IMG/VR virus record: IMGVR_UViG_3300044641_000723
Location: 1 to 28,634 of that record
DNA from: a virus
Lineage: Duplodnaviria; Caudoviricetes
Strand: one strand, 5' to 3'
DNA: 28,634 nucleotides
Below, in pieces: positions 8,473 to 17,282 of the stretch (the stretch's first letter is position 1; every line of letters starts with the position of its first letter). The notes below the pieces were generated by a model. The model was not told the origin of the DNA, made no database searches, and saw only the letters and a program-made list of their open reading frames with translations. Both the position numbers and the translations under genes were made by a program.

Positions 8473-9737
8473 AAATTACTGTAGTATTTTTTAGATTTTT
8501 GTTCTATTTCCTTCATTTTAGCTCCATCTTTTTTAGGGTTTAATACACGATATTGTTCATAAAATTCGTGTCCTCTACCACCTACAAAACCTGTTTGCTT
8601 TTGAATTTGGTTATATTTAGTTTCCCCTAGTATTCTTTTGGCATCTGCAGGCTTTTCCTTAGCATATATCATTTTAGGGGTATTTACCTGTATTTCAGCA
8701 GTTAAGCCATTAGAAGTCTTTATATTGATAATATTGCCACTATATCCCAATGAATTAGAATCGTGTGATTGTACTTTAACTCTGCCATTACCATTTGCAA
8801 CTCTAGGGTCATTACTAAGGTCTTTTATAATATTTTGAATAGCTACAGGGTCATCAGTTATAATTGTATTTCTAACTGAATCTTTGATATTGCCTAAGTT
8901 ACCTTTTTCTTCATCATTTGTTTTTCTTACAATAGAATCGGCTGATTTCATATTAATAGGAGTAACAATAGCACCATACTTTTCAGCTAAGTCTTTACCT
9001 AATTTATCAACTTCAGGTGCTGCAGCTTCTGCCTGTGCAACTAAATCTTTAACCTCTTTATCATCTACTGATACTGTTTTAACTCTACCACCTGTACTTT
9101 CTTTATCACCACCGCCTTCAGGTCTACGACCACTGCCCGGCCCACCTAATTCAACTTCTTCTAGGATTTTATATATTTCATTCATCACCTGTTGTTCTTT
9201 AGAAACTAAAGGTGCATAGTTAAATATTCCCTCAATAGAAAACCCATTAACCATTCCCTGCTTAACCTTATCCCATACTTCATCATTTTCTACTAGCATA
9301 GATACGAACCAACTACCATCAGGCGCATCTTCAAATCCCTTCATTGGTTCAATACCTCTAGACTTATCACTAATGAAACTTTCAAACATTGTAACCCCTG
9401 TCTCAATTTGATTAGGGTCGTGCATTAAGTTAACATTGTTCTGATAGCCTTTTTTAAAGTATTTCTGTACAATCTTTGTAATAGTGTCTTTAGAAAAAGC
9501 AACATAGTAATCCCCAAAAGTAGCATCGCTTCTAAAGATAGGAGTATCAGCCAACATAGCGCAACCACTAATAATACGCTTATCTTCACTAATAATTTGA
9601 AACTTCTGTTCATTTTTAAATGCATTCCAATTCTTTTGAATTGCAGGTCTATCTACTAATGAAACGAACTGCACCTCTGCATCATCGTTTAAATCATCAG
9701 ATATTTCCAACATATATAAAGGTAATTCCATACTCAT
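8463..9737 (-). CDS. Prohead serine protease (XkdF/S78-like) fused to RelA/SpoT-like alarmone synthetase
   Basis: aa 1-~190: RIISGCAMLAD, NVNLMHD, GSWFVSM, GFSIEG; linker GGPGSG at aa 198; C-term KSADSIVRK, DSVRNT, GYSG, EIQVNT, HEFYEQYR. True start may be the ATG at 9731. Confidence 0.85.
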   Translation of the reverse strand: MSMELPLYMLEISDDLNDDAEVQFVSLVDRPAIQKNWNAFKNEQKFQIISEDKRIISGCAMLADTPIFRSDATFGDYYVAFSKDTITKIVQKYFKKGYQNNVNLMHDPNQIETGVTMFESFISDKSRGIEPMKGFEDAPDGSWFVSMLVENDEVWDKVKQGMVNGFSIEGIFNYAPLVSKEQQVMNEIYKILEEVELGGPGSGRRPEGGGDKESTGGRVKTVSVDDKEVKDLVAQAEAAAPEVDKLGKDLAEKYGAIVTPINMKSADSIVRKTNDEEKGNLGNIKDSVRNTIITDDPVAIQNIIKDLSNDPRVANGNGRVKVQSHDSNSLGYSGNIINIKTSNGLTAEIQVNTPKMIYAKEKPADAKRILGETKYNQIQKQTGFVGGRGHEFYEQYRVLNPKKDGAKMKEIEQKSKKYYSNFLG

Positions 9738-9757
9738 AAATAGAATTTTTTAAAATA

Positions 9758-11455
9758 TTAACTAAATCTTGCTCTTTGTCTTATTGCAGTTATTCTTTCT
9801 TGACTGCTAGTAACATCACTTTCAACTACATATGCTCTTACTGCCTGATTGCCAATATCGTTAATTGTCTGTTGATTTAATTGTGTTACCTGTGCAGTAG
9901 GTAATTGTGGTGGGATTGGTGCAGCACTTGACATACTAGGCATACTACCACCACCACCGCCACCTCTAGGAATAGATACAGATGCAATTTGTTTTACCCT
10001 AGCAATACCACCTAAAACTGCAGGAGCAGCCATTAAGTATGGATATGCAGGATTTACAACTGTTATTGGATTTTTAGAAGCCTGTTTAAATATTGTTGAT
10101 GCACTTAGATAAGTATCAATAGTAGCTGATGCAATAGCAATAGCTTTACCTGCTGCAGTTTCTTGACCTATTATATTAGATATACCTGCCGTAATATCAG
10201 CAATTTGATAAGCAGTTTCTATCTTACTTTGTTTTTCTAATTCATCAATTCTTTTTTTAGCAGCAGCAGTATCTTCTGCATCTTTAATAGATTGCAAATC
10301 TGCCTGTGCTTTTATTCCTAATACCTTTCCTAATCCATCTTTTTCACTTTTTTCATTAAACTCTTGCATAGTTTTTTCAGCATCTGCTTTAGCCTTTGCA
10401 TCATCTTCTTCTTTTTTCTTTCTTTCAGAATCAGTCATTCCATCAGAACCAATTGGTTCTCTATTTAGTTTTTTATACTGTTCCTTTCTTTTCTCATAAA
10501 GAATAAGGTCTTGATTTAATAACCATTCATTATATTTTTCTATTTCAGCCTTTTCTTGTTCAATTATTTGTTCTTTCCTTTTTTCTTCCTGAATATCTAA
10601 TATTCTTAACTTAGAATTTAAATCTGCTCTTTCTTCAATTTCTTTTTCTGAATTGCCTTTTATAGCTTGTAATTGATATTCAAGTCTTTGCCTTTTAAGT
10701 TTATATACTTCATCTTCCCTACCACCCTGTGCTTCAAGTTCTGCTATTTGGTTATCTAAAGCCTTAGTAATTTTACCAATAGCATTTGCCCATTCTTCTG
10801 ATTCTCTTTTTGCTTCTGATGTTATACCAACATAATCAGTTATACTTTGTACTATGCCACCTATTGTTTCTCCTAATTTAAATAATGCAGGAAAACTCTT
10901 TTTAATATATTCAGTAAATTCATTCCAATTTGCAATAAGTAATCCAATAGCTACTGCTAATGCACCTATTCCTGTTGATATAATTGCACCTCTTAGTGTA
11001 CTAAAAGCAGTTACAACCTGTGTTCTGATTACTGCGCCTAATTGCTTAAATGAATCTATGCTTTCCCCTACAGATTGCAACCCCTGTGAAAGTGCCATTG
11101 CTGATTGAACCTTTAATAATGTCTTTTGTACATTATCACTTTCTGCGCCAAATAAAGCCATCGCACCCTGTACTGCACTGAATCCACCTGCAACACCTGA
11201 TAGTGAAGCAGTCAATGCCTTGAATTTAGCATCAGGATTAAATGCATCAGTCAATGCTTTAGCATCACCTATCCTATCCCTAAGTTCTGCTGCTTTTGTT
11301 GCAGCTTTAATCGCTTCTGCAGATGTAGCACCAAACTTGTCTGACAATGCGACCACTTCATTCTGCGCTTCTCTAAGTTGCTTTTTAAGTGAACCTATTG
11401 AGCCTTCAGCACCTGATGTATTTACGTTTACATTTAAATTTAAATTCTCTGCCAT
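9758..11455 (-). CDS. Tape measure protein
   Basis: 565 aa helical, Ala/Gly-rich hydrophobic stretches plus coiled coil; C-term RAYVVESDVT. Confidence 0.7.
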   Translation of the reverse strand: MAENLNLNVNVNTSGAEGSIGSLKKQLREAQNEVVALSDKFGATSAEAIKAATKAAELRDRIGDAKALTDAFNPDAKFKALTASLSGVAGGFSAVQGAMALFGAESDNVQKTLLKVQSAMALSQGLQSVGESIDSFKQLGAVIRTQVVTAFSTLRGAIISTGIGALAVAIGLLIANWNEFTEYIKKSFPALFKLGETIGGIVQSITDYVGITSEAKRESEEWANAIGKITKALDNQIAELEAQGGREDEVYKLKRQRLEYQLQAIKGNSEKEIEERADLNSKLRILDIQEEKRKEQIIEQEKAEIEKYNEWLLNQDLILYEKRKEQYKKLNREPIGSDGMTDSERKKKEEDDAKAKADAEKTMQEFNEKSEKDGLGKVLGIKAQADLQSIKDAEDTAAAKKRIDELEKQSKIETAYQIADITAGISNIIGQETAAGKAIAIASATIDTYLSASTIFKQASKNPITVVNPAYPYLMAAPAVLGGIARVKQIASVSIPRGGGGGGSMPSMSSAAPIPPQLPTAQVTQLNQQTINDIGNQAVRAYVVESDVTSSQERITAIRQRARFS

Positions 11456-13518
11456 TAGTATGTTGTTTCAATTACTTTTAATAAACTTATTTTGGTTGTA
11501 TTGTATTCCATAGGATTATATCCTTCTACTGTATTTAATCTGAATAGTACACCATCTATCCAAATGTATTTGCTAAAGTCTAGGTTATTAATGTCTAGAG
11601 TATTTAGCAATGCAGTGCAAGTTAATAGCTTACTATCTTTGCTAGTTATTTCAGCTATGTATTCACTATGATATGCATTAAACAAATTTGTAGTTGGATA
11701 TGATGTAGTATTTATATATACCTCTTTTGGCACACCAAAGTTTATATCTTGGTCAGGAACTCCACTACCATTAAAATGCAAATGTCCTGCGTATCCATAT
11801 ACTGTACCATTATGTAAATCTCCTGTATTATTTTGATTCCTTATTTTCCAACTATGTACACCTGTTATTTTTTGAACCTGCATAATACGAATAACACTAT
11901 CCATTTGGTCTTCTTTAGTATTCTCGTTAGATAGTTTAAATATTTGCGTTACTATTTTTTCTTCTCCTGCTATTTGTACTAATGGACTTGATGCAAATAT
12001 TATTTCAAGTGATTCTGTATCTTTACTGAAATCATAATTAGTATCATATAACCTATCGCCATAGTTTTGATTATATTTCTTTTTATAGCTTTCATTGTAA
12101 AAATCTGAATCATCTTTGTATTTATATTGATAATACCTTGCATTTAATTCACTCATTGGCTTGATGCTTAATGGCTTAGACCTGTCTATTTTTTCAGACC
12201 AATCTAAAGCATTAGCACTTGTATCAGGATAAAAATCAATGTAAGGTTTTATATAAATCTTTTTATCGTTAAATATATCATCATAGACATAAAGATTATA
12301 CATCTTACAAATACTTAAAAAGAAATCTTTTTGAAATATACCTTTTGGTATTGTATCATTAATAACTAAATCATCATTATAATTTAAAGGAACAGGAACA
12401 ATAGAACCTGAAAAAAATGATACTTGAGCATATGTAATTGTAACAGGTGGGTCATCTCTATTTGGTGCAGTATTAGTATATCTAAAAGTTATTGCATCAT
12501 TAGTATTCATTAATATTTCAAATTCTCCATCTACTCCAATACTATTTGAAGTATATACAATCGTGCCATTTTTATAAATATTAAATGTACCACTTGTACC
12601 ATCTCCTTCAAATGTATAAACCATTTTTAAGTTTATAGAAGTTGCGCCTGTGTATGTAAATACACTATTTGCACTACTAGCAACCAATCCTGAACCTGTA
12701 ACGGTATCAAATGTAATTGCGCTTGTACCTGTAATTTCTTGCTCTGTTGTTTTTGTAGCTACATTTAAAGTGCTTGTTGTCTTTGTTAATTTCTTTTGAT
12801 TGTGTGGTATAATTAACCTTTTAAATGGGTCAGTATTTAATAAAGGAAAATCATAAGCATAACCACTACCTTCAAATATTTTTTCTAAATATTCTTTGAC
12901 AAACAATGCAGGTCTAAATGTCATTACACCATAGTCTCTATTATTTGTATTTCTATAAGTTCCATAGTCAATCAATGGGTAGTAATATCCTGAACCATAA
13001 GATAAACTATTATTTACACCTCTATCCCCTGCAGTTGCTCCTGATACTTCCCAACTATCAATTATATTATCGTGATTATAAGTATGATTGTAAATGCTAA
13101 AGTCTAGTTCATCAATTTTTTTATTACCTAATGCAGTAATAAATCCACCTAACTCCCCAAATACAGAACATTGATATTCAATAGCCTTACCATCTACTAT
13201 GATTTCTAGTATTCTTAATGTTCCTTTAAAGACCTGTATTTTATCAATAAAGATTCTACATTGTGCAGCCTTTGCAGCATTGTAATTATAATTGACATTA
13301 GGCAATGTGTCATCTGTAAAGTTGGCATTACCTAAGTCAAATACAAATCCAAATACTCTGTTATTTGTAGAATTACCTGCTATATTGATAGTCTTTGAAA
13401 AGGATGTATTCTTTGAACCGAAATCAGTAATATCATCAATGGCATAATTAAACTCTGTGCTTAATTCCTTTGATAATTCTAACTTATAATCTTCTATGTA
13501 TATTTCTGTACTAACCAT
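11455..13518 (-). CDS. Tail tip / baseplate hub-like structural protein
   Basis: 687 aa; SFSKTINIAG, YYYPLIDYG, IWIDGVLFRLN motifs; Thr/Gly-rich central insert. Confidence 0.55.
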   Translation of the reverse strand: MVSTEIYIEDYKLELSKELSTEFNYAIDDITDFGSKNTSFSKTINIAGNSTNNRVFGFVFDLGNANFTDDTLPNVNYNYNAAKAAQCRIFIDKIQVFKGTLRILEIIVDGKAIEYQCSVFGELGGFITALGNKKIDELDFSIYNHTYNHDNIIDSWEVSGATAGDRGVNNSLSYGSGYYYPLIDYGTYRNTNNRDYGVMTFRPALFVKEYLEKIFEGSGYAYDFPLLNTDPFKRLIIPHNQKKLTKTTSTLNVATKTTEQEITGTSAITFDTVTGSGLVASSANSVFTYTGATSINLKMVYTFEGDGTSGTFNIYKNGTIVYTSNSIGVDGEFEILMNTNDAITFRYTNTAPNRDDPPVTITYAQVSFFSGSIVPVPLNYNDDLVINDTIPKGIFQKDFFLSICKMYNLYVYDDIFNDKKIYIKPYIDFYPDTSANALDWSEKIDRSKPLSIKPMSELNARYYQYKYKDDSDFYNESYKKKYNQNYGDRLYDTNYDFSKDTESLEIIFASSPLVQIAGEEKIVTQIFKLSNENTKEDQMDSVIRIMQVQKITGVHSWKIRNQNNTGDLHNGTVYGYAGHLHFNGSGVPDQDINFGVPKEVYINTTSYPTTNLFNAYHSEYIAEITSKDSKLLTCTALLNTLDINNLDFSKYIWIDGVLFRLNTVEGYNPMEYNTTKISLLKVIETTY

Positions 13519-14744
13519 TATCTGAATTGACTGTTTACATATTTAGATACTTCAATGTCTATTTCAAAATTAAATAGCTTATCTGCACTTTCTAATTTGT
13601 ATTGATAGTTATTGTTACTAATCGTAACAGGGAAGAATGCACCCTGAACCTCCATATAAACAATAGAACTAGACATTAACTGCGCTAACCATTCATAATC
13701 CTGTTGGCTTACCCAATCAGATATTAAATGGAACATATCCTTATGTTGGATGGCATAGTTAACAGTGCTTTCATTGTACTTGTTATAAGCATCAATGTTA
13801 GTCATTGCATTGCCTGATAGCTGATATTCGTTTTTTCTATAGCTTGTTTTTGTGAAGTCACTAGACCTTCTGTTAACTAATGCAAATTTCATTGTATCCC
13901 AACCGCCTAATCTATTTAAAAAGTTAAGGTTGTATTGTCTGTATTTAGGATAACACCTCTGTGTAAATCTTAACTTTCTAGATTCAGCAGCACCCAATTT
14001 TATATATACATCGTATCCATAAGCAGATTCAGTTATTAAACTTCTACCTGCAAAAGTATTAATACTAGCAGCAGAGCAGTTAAATAGGTTCATCTGTCCG
14101 CTAAATGTAATTGAACCACTAGCAGTATCAAGTATAGAACCTGCTTCACTAAGGACATCTATTTTAGCTGAATAAGCACCTGCAGTTACCCTAAAGAATG
14201 TAGCATAAAAATTATCACCATATTCAATCGTAATATTATTTGTATCCCTTTCTGTTAGCCAATCATCTGTAAAGTTTTCTATTAATAGATTGTCATAGTA
14301 ATCAGATAGCACTAATGGGTTATCTTCATTAGTAAACAATATGTCTGCGAATAAAGGTGGATAGTAATTATATGCACTTAATGCACCTGAAGCTAAATTA
14401 GTAAAAGTTAATAGATTGCCACCTGATACATATTCTTCTCCTATTCTTATTTGAGAATCTACCTTTATTTTATCATTTGATGCTACTAGGATTGATGAAC
14501 CTGAAGGCTCAAAGTAATTAGTAACAAAAGACCTAATCATAGGGGAAGGATTAAAAATACCATAACTGCCTTCTGCAGATGGGGATGGGTATACTTTAGT
14601 TCTACTTACCTGTGCGCCATTAACGAACACATCGTACACGAATTTAAATGCAGTGTTATTTACATTAGTTGAACTAGATACATACCATAAGTCATCGTGC
14701 ATACTTGAATAAGGTGCAGGACTACTTTGAATTGTTATTGCCAT
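13518..14744 (-). CDS. Tail structural protein (distal-tail-like)
   Basis: 408 aa; FLNRLGGWDT and WLAQLMSSSIVY motifs common in Bacteroidetes phage tail genes. Confidence 0.55.
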   Translation of the reverse strand: MAITIQSSPAPYSSMHDDLWYVSSSTNVNNTAFKFVYDVFVNGAQVSRTKVYPSPSAEGSYGIFNPSPMIRSFVTNYFEPSGSSILVASNDKIKVDSQIRIGEEYVSGGNLLTFTNLASGALSAYNYYPPLFADILFTNEDNPLVLSDYYDNLLIENFTDDWLTERDTNNITIEYGDNFYATFFRVTAGAYSAKIDVLSEAGSILDTASGSITFSGQMNLFNCSAASINTFAGRSLITESAYGYDVYIKLGAAESRKLRFTQRCYPKYRQYNLNFLNRLGGWDTMKFALVNRRSSDFTKTSYRKNEYQLSGNAMTNIDAYNKYNESTVNYAIQHKDMFHLISDWVSQQDYEWLAQLMSSSIVYMEVQGAFFPVTISNNNYQYKLESADKLFNFEIDIEVSKYVNSQFR

Positions 14745-15390
14745 TGTTTATTTCTTTACCGATTTGTCTTATTTTAATTTGAATATCTTTACCTAGCGCA
14801 GCTTCCATTACCTCATAGAAGTTTTTACCGAATACCTCTTTTTGAGCATTGTCAAAATAATGTGTAGACCTAATACCTTTTCTATGTATAGACCTAGCTA
14901 CAACATAGGCTAAAGACTTTTTAGCATCTATTGCTTTAGCTTCTACCCCTAATTTTCTATATGGCTTTACTGCAGTTGCTTTTAATTTGTTATACCCTAA
15001 CCATCCCTGTACTGCTGATATAGGAATGCTTTTTTTAGATGGGTTAAATTTATAAGGTGTTTTTGAATCAGCCTTAATATTTTTAGTTCCCTTTACACCC
15101 TTATTTATAAAGTCCCAATACTTAGAAGCCTTTTCTGATTTTGGGTAGCCTAAAGAAATACTATAGGTTGTACCAAATTTACTAAAGTACATTCTGATAT
15201 CATCAATAGCACCTGAAGCAATAGACCCATTTGCCCTAAGATTAGCCTGTGCAGTTTTAATAAAGTCTGCACCAAAATCCTTTAGCAACCTTTCAGCAAC
15301 AGGCATTTCTCCCTCTTTCATAGGTTGTTCGCCTAGTGTATTTAGGAAGCCATCTGCTATTGCCTGTGCTTGTGCTTTGGATATGCTCAT
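14722..15390 (-). CDS. Putative neck/tail-completion protein
   Basis: Basic 222 aa; ASG, YWDFINKGVKG, ARSIHRKGI..THYF motifs. Confidence 0.5.
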   Translation of the reverse strand: MSISKAQAQAIADGFLNTLGEQPMKEGEMPVAERLLKDFGADFIKTAQANLRANGSIASGAIDDIRMYFSKFGTTYSISLGYPKSEKASKYWDFINKGVKGTKNIKADSKTPYKFNPSKKSIPISAVQGWLGYNKLKATAVKPYRKLGVEAKAIDAKKSLAYVVARSIHRKGIRSTHYFDNAQKEVFGKNFYEVMEAALGKDIQIKIRQIGKEINNGNNNSK

Positions 15391-15423
15391 ACTAATAAAT
15401 AGTATAACAGGCTTAAAATAACT

Positions 15424-15449
15424 ATCCCCACCTTTTTAGGGATGGGGAT
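15424..15449 (-). terminator. GC hairpin after chaperone gene, homologous to the 4651-4682 hairpin
   Basis: Minus strand ATCCCCATCCCT-AAAA-AGGTGGGGAT; weak T tail. Confidence 0.5.
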
Positions 15450-15476
15450 GTTAACCAAAAAATCCAACTATGAAAA

Positions 15477-15756
15477 CTATCTTACTTTTTTTATCTGCTC
15501 ATTGTCGTAATCTGTCTTAGCTTTTAGATATGCTAATATGTTTAAACATTCTATTGTACTTAATTCATAGGCTTCGCTAACTGTGCAATTTTCGTACTCG
15601 GCAATAAGTTTGGTGCTATATTGCCATCCAAAATAATGCATAAACTTTGAACCACCTCTTTCGCCTGTGCTTCCTGCATCCCTGCTTCCACCATCTTCTT
15701 CTCCAAATAACCCTTTGAAACTTCTATCCAATTTCTGTATACTTGATAAAAAAAAA
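15477..15756 (-). CDS. -1 frameshift extension of tail assembly chaperone (gpGT-like)
   Basis: Frame is -1 relative to 15560..16231 and open from the T9 slippery run at 15756-15748. Confidence 0.65.
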
Positions 15757-16231
15757 CCAACGAATGGTAAACATCTACAAACTTTGCATTTAACATATCA
15801 TCTGAATATTCCTGATGCTTACTAGCATCGTACTTTTCATTAAACCAAATACCAAACTTTCGCTTCTGTGGTATTACCATTGTAGCTGCTAACTTATGCA
15901 GGTTACCGTATAAATCCTCACTAAATACCTTGCTTTCTATATACCTAGCGAATGGCATCTTACTGACATCGTAATTAATCTTGTACCTCTTATTATATGA
16001 TATGCATATATGCTTTTTAGGTGTGCCTTCTATCGGTTCATTTAAGAAAGATATGGTTTTGCTCAACTCTTTATATTCATTCAAAGGTAGACTGTCTATT
16101 TGCATTTCAGTCATATTGTTGACTATCCCTACTAATTTGACTTCTAGGTCTAAATCAGTTGCATCTTTCTCCTTTGTATTTAAAGCATTGTAAATCTGTT
16201 GGTATTGCCATACGTTTATTTTGTCCCACAT
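15560..16231 (-). CDS. Tail assembly chaperone (gpG-like)
   Basis: 223 aa; GTT TTT TTT TAT (VFFY) slippery site with overlapping -1 ORF. Confidence 0.6.
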   Translation of the reverse strand: MWDKINVWQYQQIYNALNTKEKDATDLDLEVKLVGIVNNMTEMQIDSLPLNEYKELSKTISFLNEPIEGTPKKHICISYNKRYKINYDVSKMPFARYIESKVFSEDLYGNLHKLAATMVIPQKRKFGIWFNEKYDASKHQEYSDDMLNAKFVDVYHSLVFFYQVYRNWIEVSKGYLEKKMVEAGMQEAQAKEVVQSLCIILDGNIAPNLLPSTKIAQLAKPMN

Positions 16232-16329
16232 AGCTGCTTGATTTTAGATAAAGATACTGCTATTATATATACTAAACAAGCCAAAGGAACTGAAATAAAC
16301 ATAAACTTTAATAATTCTAATGCTTTCAT
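16216..16329 (-). CDS. 37-aa single-TM micropeptide (MKALELLKFMFISVPLACLVYIIAVSLSKIKQLCGTK)
   Basis: ATGA overlap with 16326..16550 stop; not in ORF track. Confidence 0.5.
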   Translation of the reverse strand: MKALELLKFMFISVPLACLVYIIAVSLSKIKQLCGTK

Positions 16330-16550
16330 ATGTTATAAGTTTTATTATAATGCAATTCTCCACTTGCTAACTTTCTATTAATTTCAAATGCTTCATCTAT
16401 ATCGCAGGACTTATACCCAACTTCAAAAGCGGTAACTATCTGCTCTTTTTCTTTTTCAAGTAACATTTCATAATTATCAATAAACCAATCCGTAAAAGAT
16501 ACCCCATCATTTTTATAGCTTTCTACTGCTATTTGCATTGCTGTTTTCAT
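16326..16550 (-). CDS. Hypothetical early protein (MKTAMQ...EKEKEQIVTAF family)
   Basis: ORF; motif recurrent in Bacteroidetes-phage small genes. Confidence 0.7.
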   Translation of the reverse strand: MKTAMQIAVESYKNDGVSFTDWFIDNYEMLLEKEKEQIVTAFEVGYKSCDIDEAFEINRKLASGELHYNKTYNI

Positions 16551-16551
16551 A

Positions 16552-16800
16552 TTATATTTTTTGATTATGAAAATTAGCCATCATTTGAGCAAGTTTTAAA
16601 TCTATTGCATCCCTTCTATTTATGTAGTCCTGTCTCTTTTGTTGCTCTGTTAAAAATGGTTCTAAATCTTTTTTAAGCATTTTAATAGCTAAATCTTTTT
16701 CTGCAAGTTCTTTTTCAAGTTTAGCTATCTTTTCAATAAGACATTCGTTTTCAAGTCTTATTAAGTATTCCTGACTAATTGTGTAGTTGTTTCCTTTCAT
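16552..16800 (-). CDS. Hypothetical coiled-coil protein
   Basis: Start reassigned to ATG 16800 (MKGNNY) after AAAACAAACACA leader. Confidence 0.6.
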   Translation of the reverse strand: MKGNNYTISQEYLIRLENECLIEKIAKLEKELAEKDLAIKMLKKDLEPFLTEQQKRQDYINRRDAIDLKLAQMMANFHNQKI

Positions 16801-16812
16801 TGTGTTTGTTTT

Positions 16813-16884
16813 AAAAAAACCACCCCAAGTACCCAAATTACTACCTTTGTTATTTTTTAATATTAAAAATTTTCTTGAGGTGGT
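16813..16884 (-). terminator. Long-loop stem with U tract (terminator/structured RNA)
   Basis: ACCACCTCAAG...44 nt...CTTGGGGTGGT then T6 on minus strand. Confidence 0.5.
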
Positions 16885-16892
16885 CTATGCTC

Positions 16893-16970
16893 TTAAATGT
16901 TCTGATATATCGCAACTACTAAGAATGCGAATATAAGAATAATTACGGCTTGTGTGTTTTCTTTTTTCAT
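16893..16970 (-). CDS. 25-aa single-TM micropeptide (MKKENTQAVIILIFAFLVVAIYQNI)
   Basis: ATG 4 nt after stop of 16975..17268; ATGAAAAAA start; not in ORF track. Confidence 0.55.
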   Translation of the reverse strand: MKKENTQAVIILIFAFLVVAIYQNI

Positions 16971-16974
16971 AATA

Positions 16975-17268
16975 TTAATTTAAAATTTCATTAATTAATT
17001 CAGAATGGATTTCCTGATTCTTTTCAGCCAACTCCATCAGCTTAACTAAATTTTCAGGCTGATAAAGTTTCAAGATTAATTTAACTGCTTCTTCTTTGTT
17101 TCCACCATTTGCAACCATTAACATTGCATAGCTATTAGCCATTGCGCTTTCTAATGGACTATTACCTTCCCACTCTAATTGTCTAAGAAAAGATGCTCTT
17201 GCAACTTCATAACCTTTGTGGCTTTTTAAATACTCATAAAGTTCTTCAGGTGATTTTTGGTTTTTCAT
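16975..17268 (-). CDS. Hypothetical early protein
   Basis: First ORF after promoter cassette B. Confidence 0.7.
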   Translation of the reverse strand: MKNQKSPEELYEYLKSHKGYEVARASFLRQLEWEGNSPLESAMANSYAMLMVANGGNKEEAVKLILKLYQPENLVKLMELAEKNQEIHSELINEILN

Positions 17269-17282
17269 AACTTTGGTTTTTG

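Noticed and set aside
9425-9625. 66-aa hydrophobic ORF nested in the protease gene
   Set aside because: Out-of-frame overlap with a conserved catalytic domain; no independent support
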